From Vicinamibacteria bacterium (GTDB lineage: Bacteria > Acidobacteriota > Vicinamibacteria > Marinacidobacterales > Marinacidobacteraceae), in NCBI GenBank assembly GCA_965199715.1, contig CBDATA010000001.1, forward strand, positions 224,001 to 288,000: 64,000 nt of DNA. Reading direction: 5' to 3'. This document shows, piece after piece, positions 27,340 through 36,795 of the stretch (its first letter is position 1; every line of letters begins with the position of its first letter). The position numbers and the translations under genes were made by a program. Below the pieces are notes generated by a model. That model was not told the origin of the DNA, made no database searches, and saw nothing but the letters and a program-made list of their open reading frames with translations.

Positions 27340-28793
27340 TGGAGCTTCTCCGACAATCCCGCGTCCGGGAGGCGGACCGGCGCGCGATCGAGGAGGCCGG
27401 GATCCCGGCGCGGGTCCTGATGGAGACCGCGGGCCGGGCGATCGGCGCCGCGATGCTCGAGGAGCTTCCCGTCGGGCGGGGCGTCCTCATCCTCTGCGGG
27501 CGGGGCGGCAACGGGGGCGACGGGCTGGCGCTGCTGCGCTTTCTGGCCGAGCGCGGCGTCCCCGCCCGGGCCGTCGTCTTCGCCTCCGAGGACCGGCTCA
27601 CCCCGGAGAACCGCGCGAACCTCGCATCCGCCCGCGCGCTCGGCCTTCCGGCGACCGTGGACCCGACGCCGGCGCTGGAGTTTCCCGAGGGCGGGGTCGT
27701 GGCGGACGCGATGCTCGGCGGCGGCGCCCGGGGGCCGCTGCGGGGGGCGTTCGCCGCCGCCGCCGAGGCTCTGGAGACGTTCTCGGGGACGGTGGTGGCC
27801 GTGGACATCCCCACCGGCCTCGATCCCGACAGCGGCCGCATCCCGGGGCCGGCCGCGCGAGCCGACCTGACGCTCGCGCTGGCCGCGGCCCGCCGTTGCC
27901 ATTTCGTCCACCCGGCGAGCGAGCGCTGCGGCCGCGTCCGGGTCCTCGAGATCGGGATTCCCGCCGCGTACCTCGCCCCCGATCCCGAAGACCGGGTGCG
28001 CCGGATCACGGCGGCCGACGTCGCGGACTGGCTGCCGCCCCCGCCCATCAGCGCCCACAAGGGAACCCGGGGAAAGCTGCTCCTCGTCGCCGGGTCGGCC
28101 CGGATGCCGGGCGCGGCGGCGCTCGCGGCGAAGGGAGCGCTCGGGGCCGGGGTCGGCCTCCTCACCGTGGCCGCCCCCGAAACGGTCCCCCTGCCCCCCG
28201 AAGCGATGCGCCTTCCCCCCGAAGCGGCTCTCGAAGCCGACGCGACCGCGCTGGCGGTCGGACCGGGGCTCGGGCGGTCGGAAGCCGATCAGGACAGAAT
28301 TCGGGCGATCGTGCGCCGCTCGGAACAGCCGCTGGTTCTCGACGCCGACGGCCTCTTCGCGGTGGAGGCGGGGGATCTTCGCGAAGGGCTCGTCCTGACG
28401 CCGCACGCCGGCGAAGCGGCGCGGCTCCTCGGCCGGGATTCGCGGACCGTCGCGGGAGCGCGCCTCGAGGCCGCCCGCGAGCTGGCCGCGCTCGCGAACG
28501 CCCCGGTCGCGCTCAAGGGGCCGGGCACGCTGGTTGCGAGTCCCGACGGCGAGACCCTCGTGAACCCCACCGGCGGACCCGAGCTCGCGGCCGGCGGGAC
28601 CGGCGACGTGCTCGCCGGCATGGTGGGGGCGTTCCTCGCCCGCGGCCTCGCGCCCCGCGACGCGCTCGCCGCGGGGGCGTTCCTCCACGGCCGCGCCGGC
28701 GAGATCGCCCGCGAGCGGCTCGGACCCGAGGCGGTCACGGCGTCCGCGGTCGCGGACGCGATCGGGCCGGCGCTTGGGAGCGCGCGGGCATGA
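27339..28793 (+). CDS. nnr: Bifunctional NAD(P)H-hydrate epimerase/dehydratase
   Basis: LMETAG, GNGGDG, VDIPTG, GPGLG, DADG, TPHAGE and GGTGDVLAG motifs. Confidence 0.93.
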   Translation: MELLRQSRVREADRRAIEEAGIPARVLMETAGRAIGAAMLEELPVGRGVLILCGRGGNGGDGLALLRFLAERGVPARAVVFASEDRLTPENRANLASARALGLPATVDPTPALEFPEGGVVADAMLGGGARGPLRGAFAAAAEALETFSGTVVAVDIPTGLDPDSGRIPGPAARADLTLALAAARRCHFVHPASERCGRVRVLEIGIPAAYLAPDPEDRVRRITAADVADWLPPPPISAHKGTRGKLLLVAGSARMPGAAALAAKGALGAGVGLLTVAAPETVPLPPEAMRLPPEAALEADATALAVGPGLGRSEADQDRIRAIVRRSEQPLVLDADGLFAVEAGDLREGLVLTPHAGEAARLLGRDSRTVAGARLEAARELAALANAPVALKGPGTLVASPDGETLVNPTGGPELAAGGTGDVLAGMVGAFLARGLAPRDALAAGAFLHGRAGEIARERLGPEAVTASAVADAIGPALGSARA

Positions 28794-29224
28794 AGACCGC
28801 GTGGCGGTCGGTCACCGAGTCGCCCGAGGAGACGCTGGAGCTCGCGGCGCGGGTCGCCGGCCTCTGCCGGGGCGCTTCGGCGTTCTATCTGGACGGGGAC
28901 CTCGGCGCCGGCAAGACCGTCTTCGCGAAAGGACTCGCCCGCTGCTGGGGGGTCGAGCCGTCGCAGGTGACGAGCCCGACCTTCGCGCTGGTGGACCGGC
29001 ACGGCGGCGGCGCGAGGCCGCTCTACCACCTCGATCTTTACCGGATCGAGCGCCCCGAGGAGCTGGACGAGCTCGGCGTCGAGGACATGGAGGAGGAGGG
29101 CGCGGTCGTGGTCGTGGAGTGGCCCGACAAGCTCGGCCGGTATCGGCGGGACGACGCGGTCCGGGTGCGCATCCGGGCGCTCGGCCCGGCGCGGCGCAGC
29201 ATCGACGTGGAGTGGGCCCCGTGA
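28790..29224 (+). CDS. tsaE: tRNA t6A biosynthesis ATPase TsaE
   Basis: GDLGAGKT, VTSPTF, HLDLYR and VEW motifs. Confidence 0.95.
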   Translation: MKTAWRSVTESPEETLELAARVAGLCRGASAFYLDGDLGAGKTVFAKGLARCWGVEPSQVTSPTFALVDRHGGGARPLYHLDLYRIERPEELDELGVEDMEEEGAVVVVEWPDKLGRYRRDDAVRVRIRALGPARRSIDVEWAP

Positions 29225-30369
29225 GGCGCCTGGCCGCGCTCGCGCTGCTCGCCGCCGCCTGCTCCGGGCCGGAGCCGCCGCCGGTTCCCGAGGCGGACCT
29301 GGTGCTCGTCACCGCGTCCGGGCTGCGCGAGGACCGCGTCGGGATCTACGGATACTCCGAGAACGTCACCCCGGCGCTCGACCTGCTCGCCGCGGGCGGC
29401 GCGATCTTCCTCGAGGCCCGGACCCCCTGGCCCGAGATCGGGCGGGCCGCGGCCGCGGCGCTGACCGGGATGGACCCGTCGCGGGCGACCGCGGTCCGGG
29501 AGGGACCGGCGCTGCTGGCCGCCGCGCCCCTCGCCGAACGACTCCGCGCCCACGGCTACCGGACCGTCGCCGCGACGGACCATCCGGCGCTCACCGAAGC
29601 GACTGGATTCGCCCGGGGCTTCGACGAGTTCGCCGAGCATTGGGACGATCCGGGGGAGTTCGAGGGCGCGTTCCCGGATTCGCCGTTCTTCGCATGGCTC
29701 CATTTTTCGCTGGACGGCCCGGCCGACGACTACGACGCCCGGGTCGCGGCGCTGGACGAGTCCGTCCGGCGGCTCCTCGCGCCGATCTCGAAGCGGACGG
29801 TCGTCATCGTCGCCGGCCTCCACGGGCGCTCCTTCGGCGAACGCGGAACGCCGGAGGACGCGCCGATGACGCTCTTCGACGAGATGCTGCGGATTCCGCT
29901 CGTCGTCGCGGTCCTCGGCGAGCCCGGCCCGCCGTTCCCGCCGGGAACCCGCTTCGCCGGGATGGTCTCGCTCGCCGACGTTCCGGCGACCGCGTGGGAG
30001 CTCATGGGCGGCGCTTCCGAGGAGACCTCGCTCGTTCCGGCGCTCAGGGGCCGGGATCCGCGCCCGCGCCGGAGGCTCCACGCGGCGAGCGACAGCGGCG
30101 CGACCGCGATCCTCGACGGACGGCTCAAGCTGCTGCGCATTCCGCTTCCCGGCCGGGACGACGCGGTCTTCGCCGCGTACGCGCTCGACCGGGACCCGGG
30201 CGAGACGGACAACCGCTACCACCTCGCCGCCCAGTCGATCGAGCCGCTGCGCGCCGAATTGGAGACGCGGCGCATCCAGTCCATCGCGTGGTCGCGGGAA
30301 GCGGAGCGGGACGCGCCCGCCGGGGCGCTGCCGCCGGATCTGCTGGAGGCGTGGGAGCGCCGCCGCTGA
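29221..30369 (+). CDS. Sulfatase-like/alkaline-phosphatase superfamily lipoprotein with a degenerate active site
   Basis: LAAAC lipobox; LREDRVGIYGY, TPALD, LRIPLVV, SLADVPAT and DRDPGETDN. Confidence 0.7.
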   Translation: MRRLAALALLAAACSGPEPPPVPEADLVLVTASGLREDRVGIYGYSENVTPALDLLAAGGAIFLEARTPWPEIGRAAAAALTGMDPSRATAVREGPALLAAAPLAERLRAHGYRTVAATDHPALTEATGFARGFDEFAEHWDDPGEFEGAFPDSPFFAWLHFSLDGPADDYDARVAALDESVRRLLAPISKRTVVIVAGLHGRSFGERGTPEDAPMTLFDEMLRIPLVVAVLGEPGPPFPPGTRFAGMVSLADVPATAWELMGGASEETSLVPALRGRDPRPRRRLHAASDSGATAILDGRLKLLRIPLPGRDDAVFAAYALDRDPGETDNRYHLAAQSIEPLRAELETRRIQSIAWSREAERDAPAGALPPDLLEAWERRR

Positions 30370-30394
30370 CCTAGACTTCGGGCGATCCCCCTCG

Positions 30395-31300
30395 ATGACC
30401 CGAATTTCGACCTCGCTCGCGCTGGTCGCCGGCTTGGCCGCGCTGCCGTCCTGCTCGTGGATCGCCGGTCTCGCGATGGGTTCGGTGGCCGGAGTCTTCT
30501 CCGACATGGAGACCGTGATCCGCGCCGACGACGATCTGGAGCTCGTCCAGCAAGCCATGGCGTTCAACCTGAAGACGCTGGAGACGCTTCTCGTCGGGAG
30601 TCCCGAGAACCGCGACCTCCTCCTCGCCGCGGCGCAGAGCTTCATGCTCTACTCCTACGCCTTCGTGGAGCCGGATATGTTCAACCTCGACTTCACCCAG
30701 TTCGAGGAGGAGCAGGAAGTCCGCCGGCGGGCGCGCCGCCTCTACCGCCGCGCGGTCGCCTTCGGGATGCGGGGCCTCGAGGTCGAGCATCCGGGGATCG
30801 AGTCCCGGCTCCGGCTCGATCCGGACGGGGCCGCGTCCGAGCTCGAACTGGAGGACGCGCCGCTCGCGCTGTGGACCGGCACCGCCGTGGGCGCGTGGAT
30901 CGCGACCGCCACCGACGACCCGGAGGCCACGGCGGACCTCGCGATCATGGGCGCATTGCTCCACCGGTCGCGCGCGCTCGACGACGCCGTGAACGACGGC
31001 GTGGTGTACGACTACCTGATGCTCTACGAGGCCTCGCGCCTCGGCGGGGACCTGGATCTCGCCCGCGGCTATTTCGAGACCGCCCTCGAACGCGGCCCGG
31101 AGCGCCGCCCGGTCACCTGGGCCTCGTGGGCCGAGACCGGCGCCCGCGCCGTCGGCGACCGCGCCGAGTTCCTCGACCTGGTGCAGCGCACGCTCGACTT
31201 CGACATCGACAGCGAGCCGGACGCCCGCCTCCTGAACCAGGTCGCCATGAAGCGGGCGGCGTGGCTCCTTTCCCGAACCGACGACTATTTCCTGGACTAG
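30395..31300 (+). CDS. TRAP transporter TatT (T component) lipoprotein
   Basis: LPSC lipobox; DDDLELVQQAMAFNLKTLETLL, YSYAFVE and LGGDLDLARGYF; directly upstream of dctP. Confidence 0.8.
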   Translation: MTRISTSLALVAGLAALPSCSWIAGLAMGSVAGVFSDMETVIRADDDLELVQQAMAFNLKTLETLLVGSPENRDLLLAAAQSFMLYSYAFVEPDMFNLDFTQFEEEQEVRRRARRLYRRAVAFGMRGLEVEHPGIESRLRLDPDGAASELELEDAPLALWTGTAVGAWIATATDDPEATADLAIMGALLHRSRALDDAVNDGVVYDYLMLYEASRLGGDLDLARGYFETALERGPERRPVTWASWAETGARAVGDRAEFLDLVQRTLDFDIDSEPDARLLNQVAMKRAAWLLSRTDDYFLD

Positions 31301-31307
31301 ACCCGAA

Positions 31308-32327
31308 ATGCCACACACCACGCGGCGCGGCCGACGCCTCGCGCTCCTCCTCCTGGCGGCGGTCCTCGCCGGCGCCGCGCCGGCCGACGCGCGGGTGCAG
31401 TTCCGGCTGGGGAGCATCGTCCCGAACAACTCCGCGTGGCACCTGCTGCTGCGCAAGATGGCCGCCGACGTCGGCAAGGAGACGGACGGCGAGGTCCGGA
31501 TCCGGGTGATCTCCGGGGGCGCGGCCGGCGACGAGTCCGAGATGATCCGGAAGATGCGCATCGACCAGATCCAGATGATCGCGCTCAGCAACGTGGGCGT
31601 GGCCGAGCTGGTGCCCGGGGCGCTCGCGCTCTCCCTCCCGATGGTGTACGCGAGCCACGAGGAGTGGAACCACGTCCGGGCGAGCGTGAACGCCGGCTTC
31701 GACCGGAGCCTGCGCGACCTCGGCCTGCGGGCGCTCGGCTGGACCGGCATCGGCTGGGTCCACTTCTTCTCGACCGAGCCGATCGAGACGGTGGACGACC
31801 TCCGGGCGCTCCGGATGGCGGGCGCGACCGGCGATCCGACGACCACCGACCTGCTGCGCCTCGCCGGGTTCGACCCGGTCCCGATCAGCTCGGTGGAGGT
31901 CGTGAGCGGCTTCCAGACCGGGCTCGTGGAGGCCGCGCCGCTCCCCGTGGTGTACGCCGAGGGATCGCAGATCTACCGCAGCGCCAAGTACATGGCGGAT
32001 CTGCCGTGGGCCCCCATTCAGGGCGCCTTCATCATGCGCGAGGAATCGTGGAACGAGCTCTCGCCCGCGCAGCAGGCGATCATGACCCGCGTCATCGGCG
32101 AGATCAGCGCCGAGTTCGAATCCACGAGCCTCGCCCAGGAGGGCAAGTCGCTCGAGGCGATGCGCCGACGAGGCCTCGAAGTCGTCCCGGCCAGCGACGG
32201 ATTCGTGGACGAGATGACCGGCGTCCACGAGGAGCTGCTGCCGATGATCCGGGAACGCCTCGTGCCCGAGGACGTCTTCGACGAAGTGTTCCGCCTTCGC
32301 GACGAATACCGGGGATCGGGCCGATAG
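31308..32327 (+). CDS. dctP: TRAP substrate-binding protein DctP (TatP type)
   Basis: Signal peptide; LGSIVPNNSAW, GGAAGDESEMIRKMRI. Confidence 0.88.
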   Translation: MPHTTRRGRRLALLLLAAVLAGAAPADARVQFRLGSIVPNNSAWHLLLRKMAADVGKETDGEVRIRVISGGAAGDESEMIRKMRIDQIQMIALSNVGVAELVPGALALSLPMVYASHEEWNHVRASVNAGFDRSLRDLGLRALGWTGIGWVHFFSTEPIETVDDLRALRMAGATGDPTTTDLLRLAGFDPVPISSVEVVSGFQTGLVEAAPLPVVYAEGSQIYRSAKYMADLPWAPIQGAFIMREESWNELSPAQQAIMTRVIGEISAEFESTSLAQEGKSLEAMRRRGLEVVPASDGFVDEMTGVHEELLPMIRERLVPEDVFDEVFRLRDEYRGSGR

Positions 32328-32364
32328 CCGCTCCGGCGCCCCGCGCCGGAGCCACGGGGGAACC

Positions 32365-34170
32365 ATGAACGGCAGGCTCGCCCGCATCGAGGACGCCGTC
32401 TCGGTCGGGGCGCTCGTCCTCATGGCGGCCGTGCCGATCACCGAGGCGCTGATCCGTCCGTTCCATCCGACCGGCATTCCCGGATCCGGCGTATGGGTGC
32501 CGCACCTGGTGCTCTGGGTCGGCTTCCTCGGGGCCGCCATCGCGTCGCGGCGGGGCGAGCTGCTCTCGCTCGGGTTCGCGACGAACACGCTCCCCGAGGC
32601 CTGGCGGCCGAGAGCGGCGTCGATCGCCGGGGCCGTCGGGTTCGTCGTCTCGCTCACCATGGCGTGGGCCAGCGTCGTGCTGATCCGGGCCGAATGGGAG
32701 GGCGGGCGCGAGCTCGCGCTCGGGATCCCGGTCTGGCTGGCCGAGGGAATCATGCCCGTCGGCTTCGCGCTCATCGGCTGGCGCCTCTTCCGGAGGATTC
32801 CCCAGCGGTGGGGCAAGGTCCTCGCCGTCGCGGGGCTCGCCGTCCCGCTCCTGATGCACGAGGGCCTCACCGGCTGGGACCTCACCGAGTCCGGCGCGCA
32901 CTGGCCGCTCGTCCTCGCTGTCCTCATCGCCGCCGCGCTCGGGACCCCGATCTTCGTCGGGCTCGCCGGAGTCGCGGCGGTGCTGCTGTGGGCCAACTGG
33001 GACCCGGTCTCGGCGATCCCCGCGGAGGCCTACAGCATGGTGAACCGGGCCACGCTCCCCGCGATCCCGCTGTTCACGCTCGCCGGGTACATCCTCGCCG
33101 AGGGCGGCGCTCCCCGCCGGCTGGTGGTCCTCTTCCGGGGCTTCTTCGGCTGGATGCCGGGCGGCGTCGCCGTCGCCGCCATCGTGGGCTCGGCCTTCTT
33201 CACGAGCTTCACCGGCGGCAGCGGCGTGTCCATCCTCGCGATGGGCGGGCTGCTCTTCCCGATGCTGGTCGAGGACCGGCTGCGCCCCGGCCTCGCGACC
33301 GGCCTGCTCACGTCCGCCGGGTCGCTCGGGCTGCTCTTCCCGCCGTCGCTCGCGGTGATCCTCTACGGGATCATCGCCGAGGTCGAGATCGGGCGGCTGT
33401 TCGTCGCCGGATTCATCCCGGCGGTGGTCGAGATCGTCCTCGTCGCCGGGTTCACGATGTTCGTGATCCGCCGGCGCGCCGCCAGCGTGTCCCGCTTCGA
33501 CGTCCGGGCGGCGCTCGGCGCGCTGTGGACCGCCAGGTGGGAGGCGCTGATCCCGGCGTTCGTGCTGACGCTGGTCTTCGGGGGCTTCGCCACGCTGGTC
33601 GAGGCCGCCGCGCTCACCGTGCTGTACGCGCTCTTCGTGGAATTCGCGATCCACCGGGAGGGGAAGACGCTCGGGGATCTGCTGCGGACCGGCGCGAACG
33701 CGGTCACGCTCATCGGGGGCGTGCTCCTGATCCTCGCCGCCGCGCTCGGGCTCACGAACTACATGGTGTTCGCCGACATCCCGTTCCGGGCGACCGAGTG
33801 GGTGCAGTCGTTCGTGGCCTCGCCGCTGTTCTTCCTGCTGCTCCTGAACGTGTTCCTGCTGGTCATCGGGTGCCTCATGGACATCTACGCCGCGATCGTG
33901 GTCGTGGCGCCGCTGGTGGCCCCGCTCGGCGTCGCCTACGGGATCGACCCGCTCCACCTCGGGATCATCTTCCTGACGAACCTCGAGCTCGGCTACCTGA
34001 CCCCGCCGGTCGGCATGAACCTCTTCCTCGCGTCGTACCGGTTCGGTCGGCCGCTCACCGAGGTGTACCGGGAGACGCTGCCCTACCTCGCGATCCGCGC
34101 CGGGGCGGTGCTGCTCATCACCTACGTCCCCTACCTGACCCTGATGCTTCCGGGCCTCCTCTACGACTGA
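32365..34170 (+). CDS. Fused TRAP permease DctQM
   Basis: 4-TM DctQ part followed by AIPLFTLAG, GSLGLLFPPS and GYLTPPVGMNLF. Confidence 0.92.
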   Translation: MNGRLARIEDAVSVGALVLMAAVPITEALIRPFHPTGIPGSGVWVPHLVLWVGFLGAAIASRRGELLSLGFATNTLPEAWRPRAASIAGAVGFVVSLTMAWASVVLIRAEWEGGRELALGIPVWLAEGIMPVGFALIGWRLFRRIPQRWGKVLAVAGLAVPLLMHEGLTGWDLTESGAHWPLVLAVLIAAALGTPIFVGLAGVAAVLLWANWDPVSAIPAEAYSMVNRATLPAIPLFTLAGYILAEGGAPRRLVVLFRGFFGWMPGGVAVAAIVGSAFFTSFTGGSGVSILAMGGLLFPMLVEDRLRPGLATGLLTSAGSLGLLFPPSLAVILYGIIAEVEIGRLFVAGFIPAVVEIVLVAGFTMFVIRRRAASVSRFDVRAALGALWTARWEALIPAFVLTLVFGGFATLVEAAALTVLYALFVEFAIHREGKTLGDLLRTGANAVTLIGGVLLILAAALGLTNYMVFADIPFRATEWVQSFVASPLFFLLLLNVFLLVIGCLMDIYAAIVVVAPLVAPLGVAYGIDPLHLGIIFLTNLELGYLTPPVGMNLFLASYRFGRPLTEVYRETLPYLAIRAGAVLLITYVPYLTLMLPGLLYD

Positions 34171-35426
34171 TGGACTTCGCGGTCGCGGGCGGCCAGCGGG
34201 CGAGGAAGCGCCGCCGCCTCATCGCCATGGCTGCCGGCGGCGCGGCGCTGCTCGCGGCGTTCGCGTTCTACCGCCCGGGCGCCCCGGTCCCCGAAGTCGA
34301 AGCGGCGGCGCTGTGGACCGGAGTCGTGGAGCGGGGCGAGTTCGTCCGGGAGGTCCGCGGCCCGGGCCGGCTCGTGGTTCCGCCCGAGGAGCTGCGCTGG
34401 CTGACGGCGGAGGCGGGCGGACGGGTGGAGGTGCGCCACGTCCTTCCGGGCACGCCGGTCGCCGCCGACACGATTCTGCTGGAGCTGTCGAACCCGGACG
34501 TCGAGCGGCAGTTGGCCGAGGCCGAGGCGGCGCTGCGGCAGGAGGAGGCGGATCTCCGGGCGCTGCGGAACGAGGTCCGCTCGGCGCTGCTGGAGCAGGA
34601 GAGCGCCGCCGGGCAGGTCGCCGCCGAGAACGCCCGGGCGCGGCTCCAAGCCGAGGCGGACGCCGCGCTCAAGGAGGCCGGGCTCGTCGGGGAGCTGGTC
34701 GAGCGGCGCAGCGCGGTCCGGTTCGACGAGACCGCGACCCGCCACCGCCTCGAGCAGGAGCGGCTGGCCATCCTCGACGAGGCCAGCGCGGCGCGCATCC
34801 GCTCGCAGGAGGCGGCGGTGGCGCGGCGACGCGCAGTCGCCGAGCTGCGGCGGCGGCGGCGCGACGGACTGCGAGTGCGGGCCGGCGCCGCCGGAATCCT
34901 GCTGGACCTGCCGGTGGAGGAAGGCCAGCAGGTCGTTCCCGGCGCGAACCTCGCCCGGGTCGCCGACCCGGCCCGACTCGCGGCCGTGATCCAGATCCCC
35001 CAGACGCAGGCCCCGGACCTCGCCCCCGGGCAGGCGGCGCTCGTGGATACGCGCAACGGCGTCGTCCCGGGCGTGGTCGAACGCGTGGATCCCGCGGTTC
35101 GGGACGGCTCCGTGGCCGTGGACGTGCGGCTCACCGGAACCCCGCCCCGGGGGGCGCGGCCCGATCTCTCGGTGGACGGGACGATCCGGATCGAAACCGT
35201 CCCCGACGCGCTCCACGTGGGCCGGCCGGCGTACGGTCAGCCCGAGAGCGCCGCCGGAGTCTTCAAGCTGTCGCCCGATGGATCGACGGCCACCCGAACC
35301 CCGGTGCGCTTCGGGCGCGGATCGGTGAACCGGATCGAAGTGCTCGCCGGACTGGCGGCGGGCGACCGGATCATCCTCTCGGACACCTCGCTCTGGGACG
35401 ACTCGGCGACGCTGCGCATCCGGTAG
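34170..35426 (+). CDS. Efflux periplasmic adaptor (HlyD/MFP family)
   Basis: N-terminal TM, VRGPGRLV lipoyl half, long coiled coil, RPDLSVDGTI and GLAAGDRIILSD. Confidence 0.88.
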   Translation: MDFAVAGGQRARKRRRLIAMAAGGAALLAAFAFYRPGAPVPEVEAAALWTGVVERGEFVREVRGPGRLVVPPEELRWLTAEAGGRVEVRHVLPGTPVAADTILLELSNPDVERQLAEAEAALRQEEADLRALRNEVRSALLEQESAAGQVAAENARARLQAEADAALKEAGLVGELVERRSAVRFDETATRHRLEQERLAILDEASAARIRSQEAAVARRRAVAELRRRRRDGLRVRAGAAGILLDLPVEEGQQVVPGANLARVADPARLAAVIQIPQTQAPDLAPGQAALVDTRNGVVPGVVERVDPAVRDGSVAVDVRLTGTPPRGARPDLSVDGTIRIETVPDALHVGRPAYGQPESAAGVFKLSPDGSTATRTPVRFGRGSVNRIEVLAGLAAGDRIILSDTSLWDDSATLRIR

Positions 35427-35428
35427 CG

Positions 35429-36001
35429 TCAGAACCGGCGGAGCGAGAGCGCGATCCGGCCGGCGACGATCCGGGCGATCCGGTCCGCGTCGGCGGAAGC
35501 GAGCTCCGCCTGCCCAAGCGGGAGCCGCTCCGCGAACACTTCCGGCGGCTCGGCGTCACGCACCAGCAGCACGTCGAGCCGCACCGCGTCCTCTTTGATG
35601 TCTTCGCCGGCGGGCCAGCGCGACCCGGGTCCGAGCGGCTCGCCGGGACCGGTCTCCAAACTGCCGGCGAGCACGTAGTCCGCCCCGAGCCGGGCGGCGA
35701 TCGCGACGAGCCCGTCCTCCCGGAGTCCTTCGTCCAGGACCGGACGAAGCCGCCTCGGGGAGACTTCAAAGATCCCGTCGGGCTCCGTCTGGAGCTGCTC
35801 GCGGATCGTCTCGGTGATCCGGTACGCGAGTTCCTGCAGCCCTCCCTGACCGGTCCGGTTGTCGATGTCCGCGACGAGAAGCACTGGACGGACGACGGCG
35901 TCGGGCCGACGGATCACTCGGGGCTGGCCGATACGGGCGAGCACCGCGAGGCCGAGCGCGAGGCCGAGGATCGTGCCGACCGCCAGAATTCCCCGTTTCA
36001 C
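35429..36001 (-). CDS. Membrane-anchored protein with a TolB-N-like domain
   Basis: N-terminal TM, VLLVADIDNRTG and IAARLGADYVLAGSL; GTG at 36001, with TATGAT upstream. Confidence 0.55.
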   Translation of the reverse strand: MKRGILAVGTILGLALGLAVLARIGQPRVIRRPDAVVRPVLLVADIDNRTGQGGLQELAYRITETIREQLQTEPDGIFEVSPRRLRPVLDEGLREDGLVAIAARLGADYVLAGSLETGPGEPLGPGSRWPAGEDIKEDAVRLDVLLVRDAEPPEVFAERLPLGQAELASADADRIARIVAGRIALSLRRF

Positions 36002-36042
36002 CTTGCCGCTTCCCCGAACGCGAACGATCATAGACGGACGAC

Positions 36043-36795
36043 ATGAACGGCATCGCGCTGGTGAAGCAGGTTCCCGACCGGAATTCGGCCTTCCGTCCCG
36101 AGGGAGCATGGATCGACGAGTCCAGCCTCGGGTACGGCGTCAACGAATACGACCGCTACGCCGTGGAGGCGGTGCTGCGCCTGAAGGAGTCGGGCGACCT
36201 TGACGGCACGGTCGCCGTGACCGTCGGCCCGCCGGACGCCGGGCAGATTCTCCGCACCTGCCTCGCGATGGGCGTGGACCGCGCCGTCCATGTGGAATGC
36301 GACCGCGACGCTCTCGCCGATCCGTTCGCGGTCGCGAAGGCGCTCGCCGCAGTCGTGGAGCGGAACGATCCGGGCGTCGTCGCCGCTGGCCTCCTCGCCG
36401 AGGACTCGGGGAACGCGCAGGTGGGCGGCCTCGTGGCGGGGCTGCTCGGATTCGGGTGGGCGTCCGCCGTGACCGGAATTGAGCTTCGTGACGGGCGGCT
36501 CGTCGTGGAGCGCGAGCTGGGTAACAACCGGATTGCGGTCGTCTCGCTTCGGCTTCCGGCGGTCGTCGGCGTCCAGACCGGGCTAAACGCGCCGCGCTAC
36601 GCGAGCCTGCGCGGGATCATGGCCTCGCGGCGGAAGCCGGTCGAGAAACAGGCGCTTGCGAGCGAGGCGCCGAAGATGCGCCGCGTGTGCCTCGCCCGTC
36701 CGGAGAAGGGCAGCGCCGAGATTCTGGAAGGAAGCCCCGACGAGATCGCCGCCCAGGCAGTAGTTCGCATCCGGGCCGAGACGGGAGTGCTCTGA
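36043..36795 (+). CDS. etfB: Electron transfer flavoprotein beta subunit
   Basis: VKQVPD, NEYDRYAVE, LAMGVD and PRYASLRGIM motifs. Confidence 0.93.
   Translation: MNGIALVKQVPDRNSAFRPEGAWIDESSLGYGVNEYDRYAVEAVLRLKESGDLDGTVAVTVGPPDAGQILRTCLAMGVDRAVHVECDRDALADPFAVAKALAAVVERNDPGVVAAGLLAEDSGNAQVGGLVAGLLGFGWASAVTGIELRDGRLVVERELGNNRIAVVSLRLPAVVGVQTGLNAPRYASLRGIMASRRKPVEKQALASEAPKMRRVCLARPEKGSAEILEGSPDEIAAQAVVRIRAETGVL

Noticed and set aside
32493-35426. 977-aa ORF suggesting an extended adaptor protein
   Set aside because: The true start is the ATG at 34170 overlapping the dctM stop; the upstream part is a shadow frame
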